Part shown: positions 27,821-38,231 of the stretch, piece by piece
Layout: each line of letters starts with the position of its first letter
Numbering within the stretch: position 1 is the first letter of the stretch
Source: Candidatus Hydrogenedentota bacterium
Lineage (GTDB): Bacteria > Hydrogenedentota > Hydrogenedentia > Hydrogenedentales > SLHB01
Assembly (NCBI GenBank): GCA_963745075.1
Contig: CAVUWV010000019.1
Location: forward strand, 41,248-105,247
Reading direction: 5' to 3'
Length of the DNA: 64,000 bases
Made by a program: the position numbers and the translations under genes
Notes under the pieces: generated by a model
What the model saw: the letters and a program-made list of their open reading frames with translations, nothing else
What the model was told of the DNA's origin: nothing
Database searches by the model: none

Positions 27821-30562
27821 TTACTTCGCTTGCCCCAGACTGGCATACACCCCCGGTTCCATGGCGTCAAACAACGTCCAGACGCAGGGGTTGGAGTAGT
27901 AGTTGATGCCCCATTTGATGGCGCCGGTGCTGCGGTCGAGACTCCAGGAGATGTTCCAGGGGGTGGCGTGGTGCAGGGCGACGTTGGCGTAGCTGCGATT
28001 GAAGAGGGTCATGGCGTCTTCGGTGCGGCCGGCGAAGGCGGCCATGGCGCAGAAGTTCCAGACCTCGCCGATGGTGATGACGGCGGAATGGTCGGGGAAG
28101 GTTTCGTCAACGGTGCCGTCCGGTTTGACGCCGTTGACCGCGCCGTAGGGCGTGGCCTTGGCGTTCAGGCGCAACACCGTGTCGATGACGGATTCGATGC
28201 GGTCGTGGGGCAGCAGTTCGCCGAGGCCGCTGGCGTAGGCGAACCATTGACCACAGAGCGCATTGGTCAATGACGTGTCGCTCGCCGGGTGTTTGTCCGT
28301 GCCGCTGTAGAGGCGGTAATACTCGCCCGTCCAGAGCTTGTCGTTATAGGCGGCCACGCCCCGTTTGAACCAGTCCTGCAACTCCGCCGCGAAGGCATCG
28401 TCGTCTTGCCGCTCGGCCATCTCGATCCCCGCCTTCACTGCCGCCAGCCAGATGCTTGCGGTGTAGGCGCTGGTGCCCCACCACGGCCAGATGTCGTAGT
28501 ACTGGTTCGCGGGAAACCCCGTTTCGCTGCCGGGGGCGTCGTTGATGAGACCGTCTCCGTCGGTGTCGAGGGTCATGGCGAATTGGAGGGCACCTTTCAC
28601 GGAGGGATAGGACTCGCGCAGATAGGTGTCGTCGTTCCATAAATCGTAATCGCGCCAGGCAAGCAGCACGTACTCGGATGACACGATGGGGATCTGGAGA
28701 TTCATCATGGGCGTTTGCGTGCCCATGGGCGTTCCGAAGCCGAAGGCGATCTGGCCGTTGTCGGCTTGCCGTTTCGCGAACTCCCGCATAGTGGCCTTTT
28801 CGCATTCCGGGAAAAGCAGGGCGAGCGGGAAGGTGCCGTTGAACCGGCAAACCAGCGTCTCGGTGATTGGACAGCCCGTGAACGATTCGCTCTGGAAAAA
28901 GCGGCCGTCATCCATCCACCACGAGTTTCGCGGAAGCACGTAAAGGCTGTTGATCGCCGCGTCTTTCAATGCGGCGGAGGTGTCGCTCGCGTAGATCTTG
29001 GATTGCCAGTCGATGATGGCGCGTTCGAACGTGTTCACCTGGGGCAGCGCGTATTGCAGCACCTCGAAGGCATCGTCGAAGCGGTCCGCGTACCGGTGGC
29101 GAAGCGTCTCGCCATCGCTCGATTCCCAGGTGGGGAAATACCAGGTCAATGCGAAGATGACCTCCGCGCTTTCGTCGGGCTGCAAGGTCCGCTCGGCGGT
29201 CGTTTGCAACACTTCGCCGGGCTCGTGATTGAATTGCCACCCGTTTCCCGTCGCACCGAGCGCATAGCTGCCGCCGCGTATGGTAAACACGTCGACACCA
29301 TATCGGCTGGCTTGCGTTGCACCATCCCCGTTCGCGTTGACCGCGACCAACTGCCGCCGGTCCATGGCCGTGTGTGCGTTGGGCCAGGTGCTGGCGATGT
29401 ATTCATCAGGGTCGCCAAGGAGCGCAATCGCCGTGTCCGACCCTCCGCTTTGAAACACGATGCGTTTGTGGTCCTGGTCCCACGCCGCGCGATCGTCGCT
29501 TTCCTTGCCGGGGCCGCCGATGTCGACGTTGGCAGCGAAGGCGAAGTGCAGATTGGGAATCGTCTCGCTGGATCGATTGGTGATCGCGTATTGCACGGCG
29601 ACAGCATTCTTGTCTGCACGATTGACCGTGACGTGCACCGCGATCCGGCCGTCCTCCGTGACCAGGGTCCCGTCTAGTTCTTTCAGGGCGAAAGGCCGGT
29701 TCGGACCGCGGCCGGCCTTTTGCCCGTCGTATTCGATTTGCCAGAGCAGTTGTCCGATGTTGGGGCTACCGTCGAAGACCGCCGATTCCCGGCGGTGCGT
29801 ATCCCAAACGAATCCGCCATAGGGGTCGAGATAGAAATCGGTGAGCGCGTCGGTGGAAAACGACCGCCCCTCCTCCACTGCGCGGCCGTCGAGTTTTTGC
29901 GGCATTGCTTGGGCGTTGGTCGGGAGTTCTGCTTCGTCATCGGCGAACGCCAGCACCGGCGACACCAGCCAAGTTTCACCGGGCGCCAGCGCATCGCGCC
30001 GCCACGCAAACGCGGCTTCCACGTTGCCCGATGACTTGTCCTGTTTACTGGGTTCCAGGTCCCACTGCAGTCCGAGCTTCACGGGTAGCGGCTCGCTGCC
30101 CGTGTTGTGCGCAGTGAAGTGGAAGAAGGCGATCGGCAACTCCGAGGCCTTGTAGTCGTGAGGAATGAGCGGCGCGAATGCGCGTAGGGAAACGTCGACC
30201 GATTCTAGGGCATCCGAAAGGACTATGTCTGCGGCGGGCACATGACCCCAAAACCGCACGGCTTTCGTAGGAGCGGAACCGGCGAGAAACTCCGTCCGCT
30301 TGTCTCCGGCTTCCACAAACCAGCCACTCCGCGAACCCACCGGTGCGGGCCGCAACCAGTTGTTCTCGGTGGTCGCTTCGCCGAAACGGCCGTCGGACAG
30401 GAGGTCGATGAAACCCGTGCCCAGCGCGCCGAGGGGCAGGGCACTTTGTGCCTCTCCGTTTTCGTACCACACCCCGCTCGCGGGCACGTCGTATCCCGAC
30501 GCGTTGAAGGTCTGGAATTCCGGCGCGGCAATGACTGCCAAAGAGACGAACAGGCACAGCAT
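27821..30562 (-). CDS. Secreted GH116 family glycosidase with inserted domain
   Basis: LPLGALGTG, PLIPHDYKASELP, DTDGDGLI, NQYYD, LWTGEYY, LCGQW, YGAVNG. Confidence 0.8.
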   Translation of the reverse strand: MLCLFVSLAVIAAPEFQTFNASGYDVPASGVWYENGEAQSALPLGALGTGFIDLLSDGRFGEATTENNWLRPAPVGSRSGWFVEAGDKRTEFLAGSAPTKAVRFWGHVPAADIVLSDALESVDVSLRAFAPLIPHDYKASELPIAFFHFTAHNTGSEPLPVKLGLQWDLEPSKQDKSSGNVEAAFAWRRDALAPGETWLVSPVLAFADDEAELPTNAQAMPQKLDGRAVEEGRSFSTDALTDFYLDPYGGFVWDTHRRESAVFDGSPNIGQLLWQIEYDGQKAGRGPNRPFALKELDGTLVTEDGRIAVHVTVNRADKNAVAVQYAITNRSSETIPNLHFAFAANVDIGGPGKESDDRAAWDQDHKRIVFQSGGSDTAIALLGDPDEYIASTWPNAHTAMDRRQLVAVNANGDGATQASRYGVDVFTIRGGSYALGATGNGWQFNHEPGEVLQTTAERTLQPDESAEVIFALTWYFPTWESSDGETLRHRYADRFDDAFEVLQYALPQVNTFERAIIDWQSKIYASDTSAALKDAAINSLYVLPRNSWWMDDGRFFQSESFTGCPITETLVCRFNGTFPLALLFPECEKATMREFAKRQADNGQIAFGFGTPMGTQTPMMNLQIPIVSSEYVLLAWRDYDLWNDDTYLRESYPSVKGALQFAMTLDTDGDGLINDAPGSETGFPANQYYDIWPWWGTSAYTASIWLAAVKAGIEMAERQDDDAFAAELQDWFKRGVAAYNDKLWTGEYYRLYSGTDKHPASDTSLTNALCGQWFAYASGLGELLPHDRIESVIDTVLRLNAKATPYGAVNGVKPDGTVDETFPDHSAVITIGEVWNFCAMAAFAGRTEDAMTLFNRSYANVALHHATPWNISWSLDRSTGAIKWGINYYSNPCVWTLFDAMEPGVYASLGQAK

Positions 30563-30623
30563 GATCGGTAATCTCCCCTGTTTGGTCGTCGTGATTGTCG
30601 ATTTCGGACACGACGGTCCACAA

Positions 30624-30652
30624 AGTAGACGCGGCTTCCAGCCGCGTCTACT
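30624..30652. repeat. GTAG-type REP palindrome
   Basis: AGTAGACGCGGCT-tcc-AGCCGCGTCTACT, perfect 13-bp arms. Confidence 0.75.
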
Positions 30653-30813
30653 ATGGCATCCTCAATGGTTAATCTCTGTTTCTTAGGCCCAACCGAACTA
30701 GGCTGAGAGTGCGAAAACTACCTTAGCACAAAGTGGTGCGCTGTTTGATTCTGCAACCCATTTGGGGCACGAGTGTCCCCCATTTGGACCCATTTCTCCG
30801 GAATCTTATTGTC

Positions 30814-30847
30814 TGTCAATAAGTTACACGTTGGCACCGGGCTTGCA
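30814..30847 (+). promoter_or_regulatory. Sigma54 -24/-12 promoter with upstream IHF-like site
   Basis: TGGCAC-cgggc-TTGCA at 30832-30847; TGTCAATAAGTTA immediately upstream. Confidence 0.7.
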
Positions 30848-30888
30848 CCCTGCAATGTAGCGTGTCATGGAAAGGAGTCAACGTAAAC

Positions 30889-31563
30889 ATGGTTCCGCTG
30901 GTGCTGATTGCATTGTTACTGCTGGTGCTCGCGCCGGGTTTGGCCATTGCGGTCGGCGTCGGCCTGCTGCTGTTCCTGCCGGCCTACCTGATGGTGTCGT
31001 CGGCGTTAACCGTTGTACTGGCGCCGCAGCAGATGTATGCCGTAGCGACCGATAAACGCACCCGCCGCACCCATTCCTGCGAGCATGCGACCGTCAACGT
31101 ATTGGAGGGATGGTATGGACCGCAGCCCGCGGTCGGCGGCGTAGCAACCAAAGACGGCTTTTACGTTTGGGGCGCGGAGGGTTTCGATCCCGGTGCTCTC
31201 ATTCGTGCGGCCCAGTCCGGACTCGCGCGTATGAAGAACGGCGAGCGTGACCTGGCACTCCATCCTCGTTGCGGCACATCGTTGATGGCGGCCCGTTTGG
31301 TCTTTGCAATTGTGTTCCTGGCGCTGCTTTTTGCCGTGGGCGGTTTCACACTGTCCGGTGTGTTGATTGCATTACTCGCTTCGTGGGCGTTTGGGCGTCC
31401 CCTGGGCATGCTGGCCCAACGCTACTTCACAACTTCGTCGGAAGTGGGCGCGCTACACATCAGCGAGGTCCGTTGGACCGATCAACCGCGCGTGGCCGGT
31501 ATGCCGTTGTTCGGGTTGCCGCGCGGCGCGTACTTTTTCCGCACGGCCGGGCAGGAGCGTTAG
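30889..31563 (+). CDS. DUF6391-like membrane protein
   Basis: RRTHSCEHAT and LALHPRCGT motifs; several TM segments; AAGGAG RBS. Confidence 0.6.
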   Translation: MVPLVLIALLLLVLAPGLAIAVGVGLLLFLPAYLMVSSALTVVLAPQQMYAVATDKRTRRTHSCEHATVNVLEGWYGPQPAVGGVATKDGFYVWGAEGFDPGALIRAAQSGLARMKNGERDLALHPRCGTSLMAARLVFAIVFLALLFAVGGFTLSGVLIALLASWAFGRPLGMLAQRYFTTSSEVGALHISEVRWTDQPRVAGMPLFGLPRGAYFFRTAGQER

Positions 31564-31681
31564 GTGACTCTCCCCCCTATCCGCGGTTCGCGAAACCTCA
31601 ACCCGTGCAACTTGGCAAGGAGATGTTGATATGTTTCAGGTATTGATCCCAGTACTATTCACGATGGTGGCGTGGCAGCGA

Positions 31682-32092
31682 TTACTCCTGCCCGTTTTGG
31701 CGCTGGAGGTTGCGCCGCATCATACCGGACGACGGCCGCATACCTAGGCGCGTATAGAACGGCTGCATATTGGGATGACAAACGAAGTCGACCATGTAGA
31801 GATCGCCGATTTCATCGAGAATACGGCGAACCAATTCTTCGCCGATACCGTGGCCCCGGTAGTCGGGTAACACTTCCAAAAACGGAATAGAAGCGCTCAA
31901 AACGTGGTCGCACATGGCCGTCACGAACCCCGCCACTCTTCCAGATTCATCGTCGATTGCGAGCACCACATGGCTGCTGTTTTGCAGTAGATGGAGGTGG
32001 GTGTCGATCCCCGGCGGGTTCTGCCAACCGACGAAGAAGCCTTTGAGTTTATCCGGCGATATCCCTTCCAGGGATGTGGTATACGAGATCAT
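31682..32092 (-). CDS. GNAT acetyltransferase
   Basis: LEVLPDYRGHGIGEELV, PFYTRLGM. Confidence 0.88.
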   Translation of the reverse strand: MISYTTSLEGISPDKLKGFFVGWQNPPGIDTHLHLLQNSSHVVLAIDDESGRVAGFVTAMCDHVLSASIPFLEVLPDYRGHGIGEELVRRILDEIGDLYMVDFVCHPNMQPFYTRLGMRPSSGMMRRNLQRQNGQE

Positions 32093-32152
32093 ACGAAAAT
32101 ACTCCATTGGGGGAATTAAAGCGTTTGGGATGAACGGATAGTATGGCACGAA

Positions 32153-33889
32153 TCACCCGCCGGAGAACAATTCGGCAGAAGGTTCACCCGGATTCAGCAA
32201 TGCGCGGGATCGGGCGAGAGCGGCGTCGATATTCTCTAACACGTTGGCGCTCAATAGGTCCGCAAACAAGCCCGTACGTGCCATGGCTTCCCGAACGGGG
32301 GCGCTTACACCGGACAAAAGCAGCGCGGTGCCTTGTCGTCGGCACTTCTCCTGGAACTCGTCGAGTGCATGAATCCCGGTAGCATCAATCGCGGGGACTT
32401 TTCGCATTCGGAGTATAAAGACTTGGGGGGGAGGCTCGACTTCGCGCAAGACGTCTTTCAGCCGGTCCGCGACGCCAAAGAAGAAGGGACCCGTAATTTC
32501 GTACACTTCCGCGCCGTGAGGTATCTGCTTCATGCCGACACCGTCGGGATCATCCATCTCGCCGACTTCTCCGTTCGTATCCGCCAATTCCTTGGCGATA
32601 TCAATGACCTCCGACACTTCCGCCATTCGCTTCATAAACAGCAATGACGCAAGCACCACCCCCACGCCGACAGCGATGGTCAAATCCGTGAAGACCGTTA
32701 GTCCGAAGGTGGTGAGCAATACGGCGATGTCGCTTCCCGGCGCCCGCAGAATGGACCGAAAATGGTCTACTTCACTCATGTTCCACGACACCATAATGAG
32801 CACGGCGGCTAGCGTTGCCAAGGGGATGGCCGAAGCGAGTGGCGCCAAGAGGGCCATGATCGCGAGCAAGACGACCGCGTGGACGACGCCCGCGAGGGGC
32901 GTGCGCCCCCCCGACTTGATGTTGGCGACCGTCCGCGCGATAGCGCCCGTGGCGGGGATTCCGCCGAAGACCACGGAAGCGAGATTCGCGGCCCCTTGGG
33001 CAACCAGTTCGCAGTCCGCCTTATGACGTCCACCGATCATGCCATCCGCGACGACTGCGGAAAGCAGCGACTCGATAGCGGCCAACAAGGCTATTGTGGT
33101 TGCCTCGGGAATGAGTTCGCGCATCAGATCGAAACTGAAGGCGGGCAGATGTGGCGCGGGGAGCGAACGTGGAATGCCTCCGAATCGGGTGCCGATGGTA
33201 GCGACGGGCAGATCGAGAGCCCAAACCGCCACAGACGCGGCCAAGACCGCGACAATCGCGCCGGGAATTCGGGGGGCATGGCGGCGCAATCCAATCATTA
33301 TGGCCAAAGACCCCACGCCTACCGCGAGCGAAGTGCCGTTCCATGACGCCGCATGTTCGCCATAGGCCTGCCACTTTTCCAAGAAGTCGGACGGTACAGA
33401 CCCCATGCCCAGACCGAAGAAGTCTTTGACCTGCGAGGAAAAAATGATCACCGCGATACCCGTGGTGAACCCGGTAGTGACGGGATATGGAATAAACTTG
33501 ATCATCGCTCCGAAGCGCGCAAGGCCCATCACAATCATGATGACGCCGGCCATCATGGTCGCGGTCGCGAGGCCGGCAAATCCGTGGCGGGCGGCTACGT
33601 CGTAAACGATCACGATGAACGCGCCGGTTGGTCCGCCAATTTGGACCCGGCTTCCGCCGAAGACCGACACGACGAGGCCCGCCACGACCGCTGTATACAG
33701 CCCGACTGCCGGGGGCGAAACGGCATCGGCTGCCGCGACGCCTTCCGGGATTGACGCGATACCGAAAGCCATGGCCAGGGGCAACGCGATAATTCCGACG
33801 GTGATCCCGGCAATGAGATCGTGGAGGATCCCCGATCGCGTGAACCCTTCGCGAATACAGACAACGGATTTTGGCAACAGACGAGGCAT
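32153..33889 (-). CDS. SulP family anion transporter with STAS domain
   Basis: DLIAGITVGIIALPLAMAF, GGSRVQIGGPTGAF, ESLLSAVVADG, GPFFFG, IDATG. Confidence 0.93.
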   Translation of the reverse strand: MPRLLPKSVVCIREGFTRSGILHDLIAGITVGIIALPLAMAFGIASIPEGVAAADAVSPPAVGLYTAVVAGLVVSVFGGSRVQIGGPTGAFIVIVYDVAARHGFAGLATATMMAGVIMIVMGLARFGAMIKFIPYPVTTGFTTGIAVIIFSSQVKDFFGLGMGSVPSDFLEKWQAYGEHAASWNGTSLAVGVGSLAIMIGLRRHAPRIPGAIVAVLAASVAVWALDLPVATIGTRFGGIPRSLPAPHLPAFSFDLMRELIPEATTIALLAAIESLLSAVVADGMIGGRHKADCELVAQGAANLASVVFGGIPATGAIARTVANIKSGGRTPLAGVVHAVVLLAIMALLAPLASAIPLATLAAVLIMVSWNMSEVDHFRSILRAPGSDIAVLLTTFGLTVFTDLTIAVGVGVVLASLLFMKRMAEVSEVIDIAKELADTNGEVGEMDDPDGVGMKQIPHGAEVYEITGPFFFGVADRLKDVLREVEPPPQVFILRMRKVPAIDATGIHALDEFQEKCRRQGTALLLSGVSAPVREAMARTGLFADLLSANVLENIDAALARSRALLNPGEPSAELFSGG

Positions 33890-34194
33890 ACGACTAGCTC
33901 CACAGACCGCGCAGCAGCGGGACAGCGCCATGTGACGGCATATCCATGTAAATTGGGGGTATCCAGGTGTCGAAAAGGAAAAGGAGCGGGAGTTTACAAT
34001 TTTGGTATGGGCGAATCAAGGGACCGTATGGCGTCCCGAGTGCCTGGACGGACCCGCAACGCGACAGACCCATTGGCAAACCTCGCGCCCCGTGGTAGAA
34101 TGATTTGACGGAGTCACTAAGGGACGATGCGCCAATTGGTTCCAAGGGCCGGGCGCGGTCCGGCCGGACGTAGAATCCGGTAAACGGGAGACGG

Positions 34195-34392
34195 TTGATG
34201 CCTACCTTCGAGTACCATGCTATCCGGGCCGAAGGCGACGAAGAGAAGTCGTTTGTAGGGGGGGTCGTTGTTGCGAAGTCGCGCCATGAAGCCAAAGAGA
34301 AGCTTCGCGAACTGGGCCTGAAAGCCACCATGCTCAAAAAGGCCCGGGGCGTGATGGCGCTGTTGAAATGGCTGGACGCCGACATTCGCTAA
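34195..34392 (+). CDS. Small protein resembling the isolated N-terminal domain of PilC/GspF
   Basis: MPTFEYHAI...G...GVVVAKSRHEAKEKLRELGL; GGAG RBS. Confidence 0.55.
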   Translation: MMPTFEYHAIRAEGDEEKSFVGGVVVAKSRHEAKEKLRELGLKATMLKKARGVMALLKWLDADIR

Positions 34393-34432
34393 TCCGATCG
34401 GTTGAATCAACATTCGTTGGGGAGAATCCTGC

Positions 34433-37111
34433 GTGAGGGGATCGTTGTTTCCGGTGGTGCTTTTTCCCGTTTGTATCTTCGCCGCGATGGCCGCGCTACC
34501 TGCGGAGCCGACCGTGTTTCCTGTAGGGCCGGGAGGACGGCTTTTCGGGAATCCGGACGTGGATGCGCTTGTGGTTCGTCCCTACGCGGAACACGTGCCC
34601 ATGGCATGCACGGGGGAGCGGTTGTGGGCGACGCACCCGGAAGGCTGGGGATTTCCGGCGGATACCGTGAACTATTACCTCGTCACAGGAATCGGACTTG
34701 GCTACGACGTGAGCGTGCAGGCGGGGCCGCAGGAGATCATTGCCGCGCACGGCGCCAGTTACCCGAGCCGGGTCGAATTGCTGGGGGGCGGACGCGGAAT
34801 CGAGGTCAAAGGAACGAAATGGATTACCGCTGACGACGTGATGGGTTGCCGACTTGACCTCGAGAACCAAAGCCCTGGCGATGAGGAGATCACCGTATCG
34901 ATCTCCGTCCCTTCGAATAGCGCCAACGTAGACGGCGACCGCGTTTCGTGGACGACGGAAAGCGCGGGTAGGACCATCCAGTCCATCGGCCGTTTTCCGG
35001 ATTTCGCCGCGGTTCCCGGCCCGCCAATCGCCGAGAAAGTTTTCGCGATAGAAGGCGAGAAGGCGGATGCCCAGCTCGGCAGTACGGGCGAAGACGATAA
35101 AGCGGCCGCCAGCGGCGGGCAAGTCCTGGGAAAAGGATTCGGCACGCGCCCAGGGCATAGTGCCAACTACCACTTCAACTTTTCCGAAGAACAGAAGAAC
35201 ATGGCCTTGACCGTTCGGTACGCGCGTGGCATGCCCGGCGACGCGGACTTTCTCGTCCAATTCCCTGGGCGAAAGCGGTTTCCGCGGGTTCTGTTTCATT
35301 CGACGGGGGGGTGGGGCGACTCGCCCAGCGATTTTGCGACCGTGACGTGTTCTCTGGGCGACATCCCGGAGGGCAGCTTTCAACTCCTGTTGCTTTCCAT
35401 CTCGGCAAACAACAACGTCAATATCGACGCGTTGTACATCCACCCGCAGGGAACGATCGTCGAAGGCGTGGATGCGCCCGCATCGGGCATGGAACGAAAA
35501 CTTACGGTGAAAGCGGGGGAGTCGACCACCGTTGATTTGTTTGTGGCGGTCAATACGGATGCGGATCAAGCGGACGCAGCGTTGCAAAACGCGATGGATT
35601 CGCCTGACGCGTTGCAGGACCAGATCGGCACTTACAATAATTGGCTCGTGGAAAATGTCCCCGCGTTTTCGGGTCCGGAAACCATTACGAAGATCTATTG
35701 GCACCGGGCGACGGACATCCTCAAAAAGAATCTGTTTCGCGTAGGGGACGGGCGGTTGAAGGATTGGGGGATCGCGGAGGGACGGTGGACGTCTTCGTGG
35801 TTTGCAAACATGATTTCGTACGGGGCCGGCCATCAGATCAGAGAAGCGCGCTGGCTGCGCGATCCCCAGTACGTGCGCGGCATCATCAATACGTGGTGCG
35901 CCAACGAGCGGCCGGATGGCATTTTCCCCAACTACATCCGGCCCGGCGAGATCGGTACGGGGCAGTACACGGACTGGATTACGTCGACGGTGTGGGACGC
36001 CTATTGCGTCCAGCCGGACCGTGCCGCGCTGGAGCGTTGGGCCGACGCATTGAAGAAGAACGTCGACGGGTGGCTGGCGGTATACGATCCGGACGACGAC
36101 GGGTTGCTCATGGTGGACAGCCACTGGTGGACCGGGATGGAGTGGCAACCGTCGTTCTTCTATTTCAACGGATTTGACAAGGACAAGCAGGACCAACATC
36201 TCGAACGGGTCGATCTCACGGCCTACGTGTACGGCGATGCGCGAAACCTGGCGCGGGTCCTGTCCACGTTGGGGGACGATGCGGGCGCAGAGCATTACAA
36301 CGGGATTGCCGACAAGATTCGCGACGCGACGTGCGGGACGCTTTGGGATGACGCGCACCGGTTCTTCTATTCCGTGGAGCCGGACGCGCATAAGAAGGCA
36401 ATGGTGAAGGAAGTCGTCGGCGTGTATCCCTTTTATTTTTCCATGTTCGACGGCATCGACGGATCGCAATACACGTCCGCGTGGCGGTCCATCCTCGATC
36501 CGGAACAGTTCTGGACACCGTGGCCGGTGGCTTCCGCGTCGAAGCAATGTCCCGCGTATTCGCAAGATGAGTCATTCAACGAAAAGAACGTGGGCGGTTG
36601 CATGTGGAACGGGCCGACCTGGCCGCATGCCAACAGTATGGTCCTCTCGGCCATGGCCGAGACGTTGCGCGAATACCCGTCCAGCCCGCTCCGTGTCGCC
36701 GATATGTACGGGCTGTTTCGTTCGTACACGGAGGCACAGTTTTACAAACACGACATTCAGTTTCCGTGGACCGGTGAATTCTATAACGGAGAAACGGGCG
36801 AATGGCGCACGGAGCAGCGCGACTACAACCACTCGACGTATATTGATATTCTCATCGCGGACATCGCGGGATTGCGTCCCCGCGCGGACGACATGCTTGA
36901 ACTGCACCCCCTAGTCGACCCGAGCATGGGACCCTTCGTCGTCGATGGTATTCGGTACCACGATCATGACGTGACGATTGCCTGGGCTCCAGCGACCGAT
37001 CCCCTGAAGACGCCGGACGGTATTCGGGGTTTCCGCGTCTACGTAGACGGCGAACTGCGCCATCACGATCCGTTGTGCGCGTTTCCCGTAGAGATTCCAC
37101 TTCAGCAGTAG
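34433..37111 (+). CDS. Secreted GH63/MGH1-like glycoside hydrolase with CBM6/35-like domain
   Basis: Signal peptide; EGE...ASGG...NIDALYI CBM pattern; WTGME, LWDD...FFY, WNGPTWPHAN, EFYN, DYNHSTY. Confidence 0.75.
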   Translation: MRGSLFPVVLFPVCIFAAMAALPAEPTVFPVGPGGRLFGNPDVDALVVRPYAEHVPMACTGERLWATHPEGWGFPADTVNYYLVTGIGLGYDVSVQAGPQEIIAAHGASYPSRVELLGGGRGIEVKGTKWITADDVMGCRLDLENQSPGDEEITVSISVPSNSANVDGDRVSWTTESAGRTIQSIGRFPDFAAVPGPPIAEKVFAIEGEKADAQLGSTGEDDKAAASGGQVLGKGFGTRPGHSANYHFNFSEEQKNMALTVRYARGMPGDADFLVQFPGRKRFPRVLFHSTGGWGDSPSDFATVTCSLGDIPEGSFQLLLLSISANNNVNIDALYIHPQGTIVEGVDAPASGMERKLTVKAGESTTVDLFVAVNTDADQADAALQNAMDSPDALQDQIGTYNNWLVENVPAFSGPETITKIYWHRATDILKKNLFRVGDGRLKDWGIAEGRWTSSWFANMISYGAGHQIREARWLRDPQYVRGIINTWCANERPDGIFPNYIRPGEIGTGQYTDWITSTVWDAYCVQPDRAALERWADALKKNVDGWLAVYDPDDDGLLMVDSHWWTGMEWQPSFFYFNGFDKDKQDQHLERVDLTAYVYGDARNLARVLSTLGDDAGAEHYNGIADKIRDATCGTLWDDAHRFFYSVEPDAHKKAMVKEVVGVYPFYFSMFDGIDGSQYTSAWRSILDPEQFWTPWPVASASKQCPAYSQDESFNEKNVGGCMWNGPTWPHANSMVLSAMAETLREYPSSPLRVADMYGLFRSYTEAQFYKHDIQFPWTGEFYNGETGEWRTEQRDYNHSTYIDILIADIAGLRPRADDMLELHPLVDPSMGPFVVDGIRYHDHDVTIAWAPATDPLKTPDGIRGFRVYVDGELRHHDPLCAFPVEIPLQQ

Positions 37112-37158
37112 TAGCGCGTTTCCATCGCAACTGAGGTGGGGTTCTGAACCTCGGCGGC

Positions 37159-37272
37159 CAACGTAGACGCAGGTTACAGTAGCGTTAATTCTCCGCTCTA
37201 AACGGCACTGCCAAGTCTGGCGAACGGACTGGACCTGAAGAACCAACGCGGCTGGAACCTGCGTCTACGTTG
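37159..37272. repeat. REP doublet (REPIN), GTAG family
   Basis: 28-bp inverted arms (3 mismatches); same unit as 30624. Confidence 0.8.
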
Positions 37273-37415
37273 TTGGTCCGTTGTACGGGTGCGCTCATAT
37301 TCGGTGGTGCACAAATTCAATAGAAACGCTTTGGTAGTCGCCGATGCGACGGGTTTTCAATCTCGGGATCGATCCTGTAAGGTGTGAATGTCAATCGCAG
37401 TCGCAGGACGCGGAA

Positions 37416-38207
37416 ATGCAGACTTTCACCTCAATAAGCAAAGGCTTGCTAATCGCGTGCATCGTCGTGTTGGGGGGAGCGACGGCACACGCGCAAGAGC
37501 GCACCATCAATTTGGAGCCTCCGGGCCCGCGAGAATTCATCCTCGACCGCGCGGGCCTAGTCAATGACGCGGATCGAGAACAAATCCGTACGATCGGTGA
37601 TTCTCTGCTATCGGAAAAAGGGATTCCGATTGTCGTGGTTACGATCGAATCCATGGCGCAGTATGGTCCGCCCGGAATTCGTATCGAAACATTTGCGACG
37701 CTGCTCTTCGACCAATGGGGCATCGGCTATAAGGAGGTGGGCGGTCAATCGTGGAATCGGGGGATCCTGCTTCTCGTCTCAGCCCAGGACCATAAAGCGC
37801 GCATCGAACTCGGCGCGGATTGGGGGCATGAGTTCGATCCGGTCTGCCAGAAGATCATGGATGAGCAAGTTGTCTTCCGATTCAAACAAGGCCAGTTTTC
37901 CGCGGGGATTCTGGCGGGCGTAGAAAGTCTCGATCGAATGGCCCGCGGCATCCCGTTGCCGACGCGGCCACGTCCGTGGTGGCACTACGCGCTGGTGGTG
38001 GGCTTTATCGGTCTTGCAATTTTCACGATCGTATCCCTGATCCGCCGCGGTGCAAGCGGTTGGGCGTGGGTGTTCTGGGCCGCCATCTTCGGAATACTCG
38101 GGTTCATTCTCTATCAAGCGCTGACCAACAGTGGGCGTGGCGGGTTTTCCGGTGGATCGTTTGGCGGTGGATTCTCGGGCGGCGGTGGGGCCACGGGATC
38201 CTGGTAG
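37416..38207 (+). CDS. TPM-domain protein (YgcG-like) with Gly-rich tail
   Basis: IVVVTI, LFDQWGIG, GILLLVS...RIELG, GGSFGGGFSGGGGATGSW. Confidence 0.88.
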   Translation: MQTFTSISKGLLIACIVVLGGATAHAQERTINLEPPGPREFILDRAGLVNDADREQIRTIGDSLLSEKGIPIVVVTIESMAQYGPPGIRIETFATLLFDQWGIGYKEVGGQSWNRGILLLVSAQDHKARIELGADWGHEFDPVCQKIMDEQVVFRFKQGQFSAGILAGVESLDRMARGIPLPTRPRPWWHYALVVGFIGLAIFTIVSLIRRGASGWAWVFWAAIFGILGFILYQALTNSGRGGFSGGSFGGGFSGGGGATGSW

Positions 38208-38231
38208 CGCCTGCAAAGGGAGCAACGGCAG

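Noticed and set aside
34496..36565. 689-aa antisense ORF (and similar ones at 39546-40793, 43554-44783, 61643-62875)
   Set aside because: Shadow or alternate frames of well-supported genes in high-GC DNA, with no recognisable motifs
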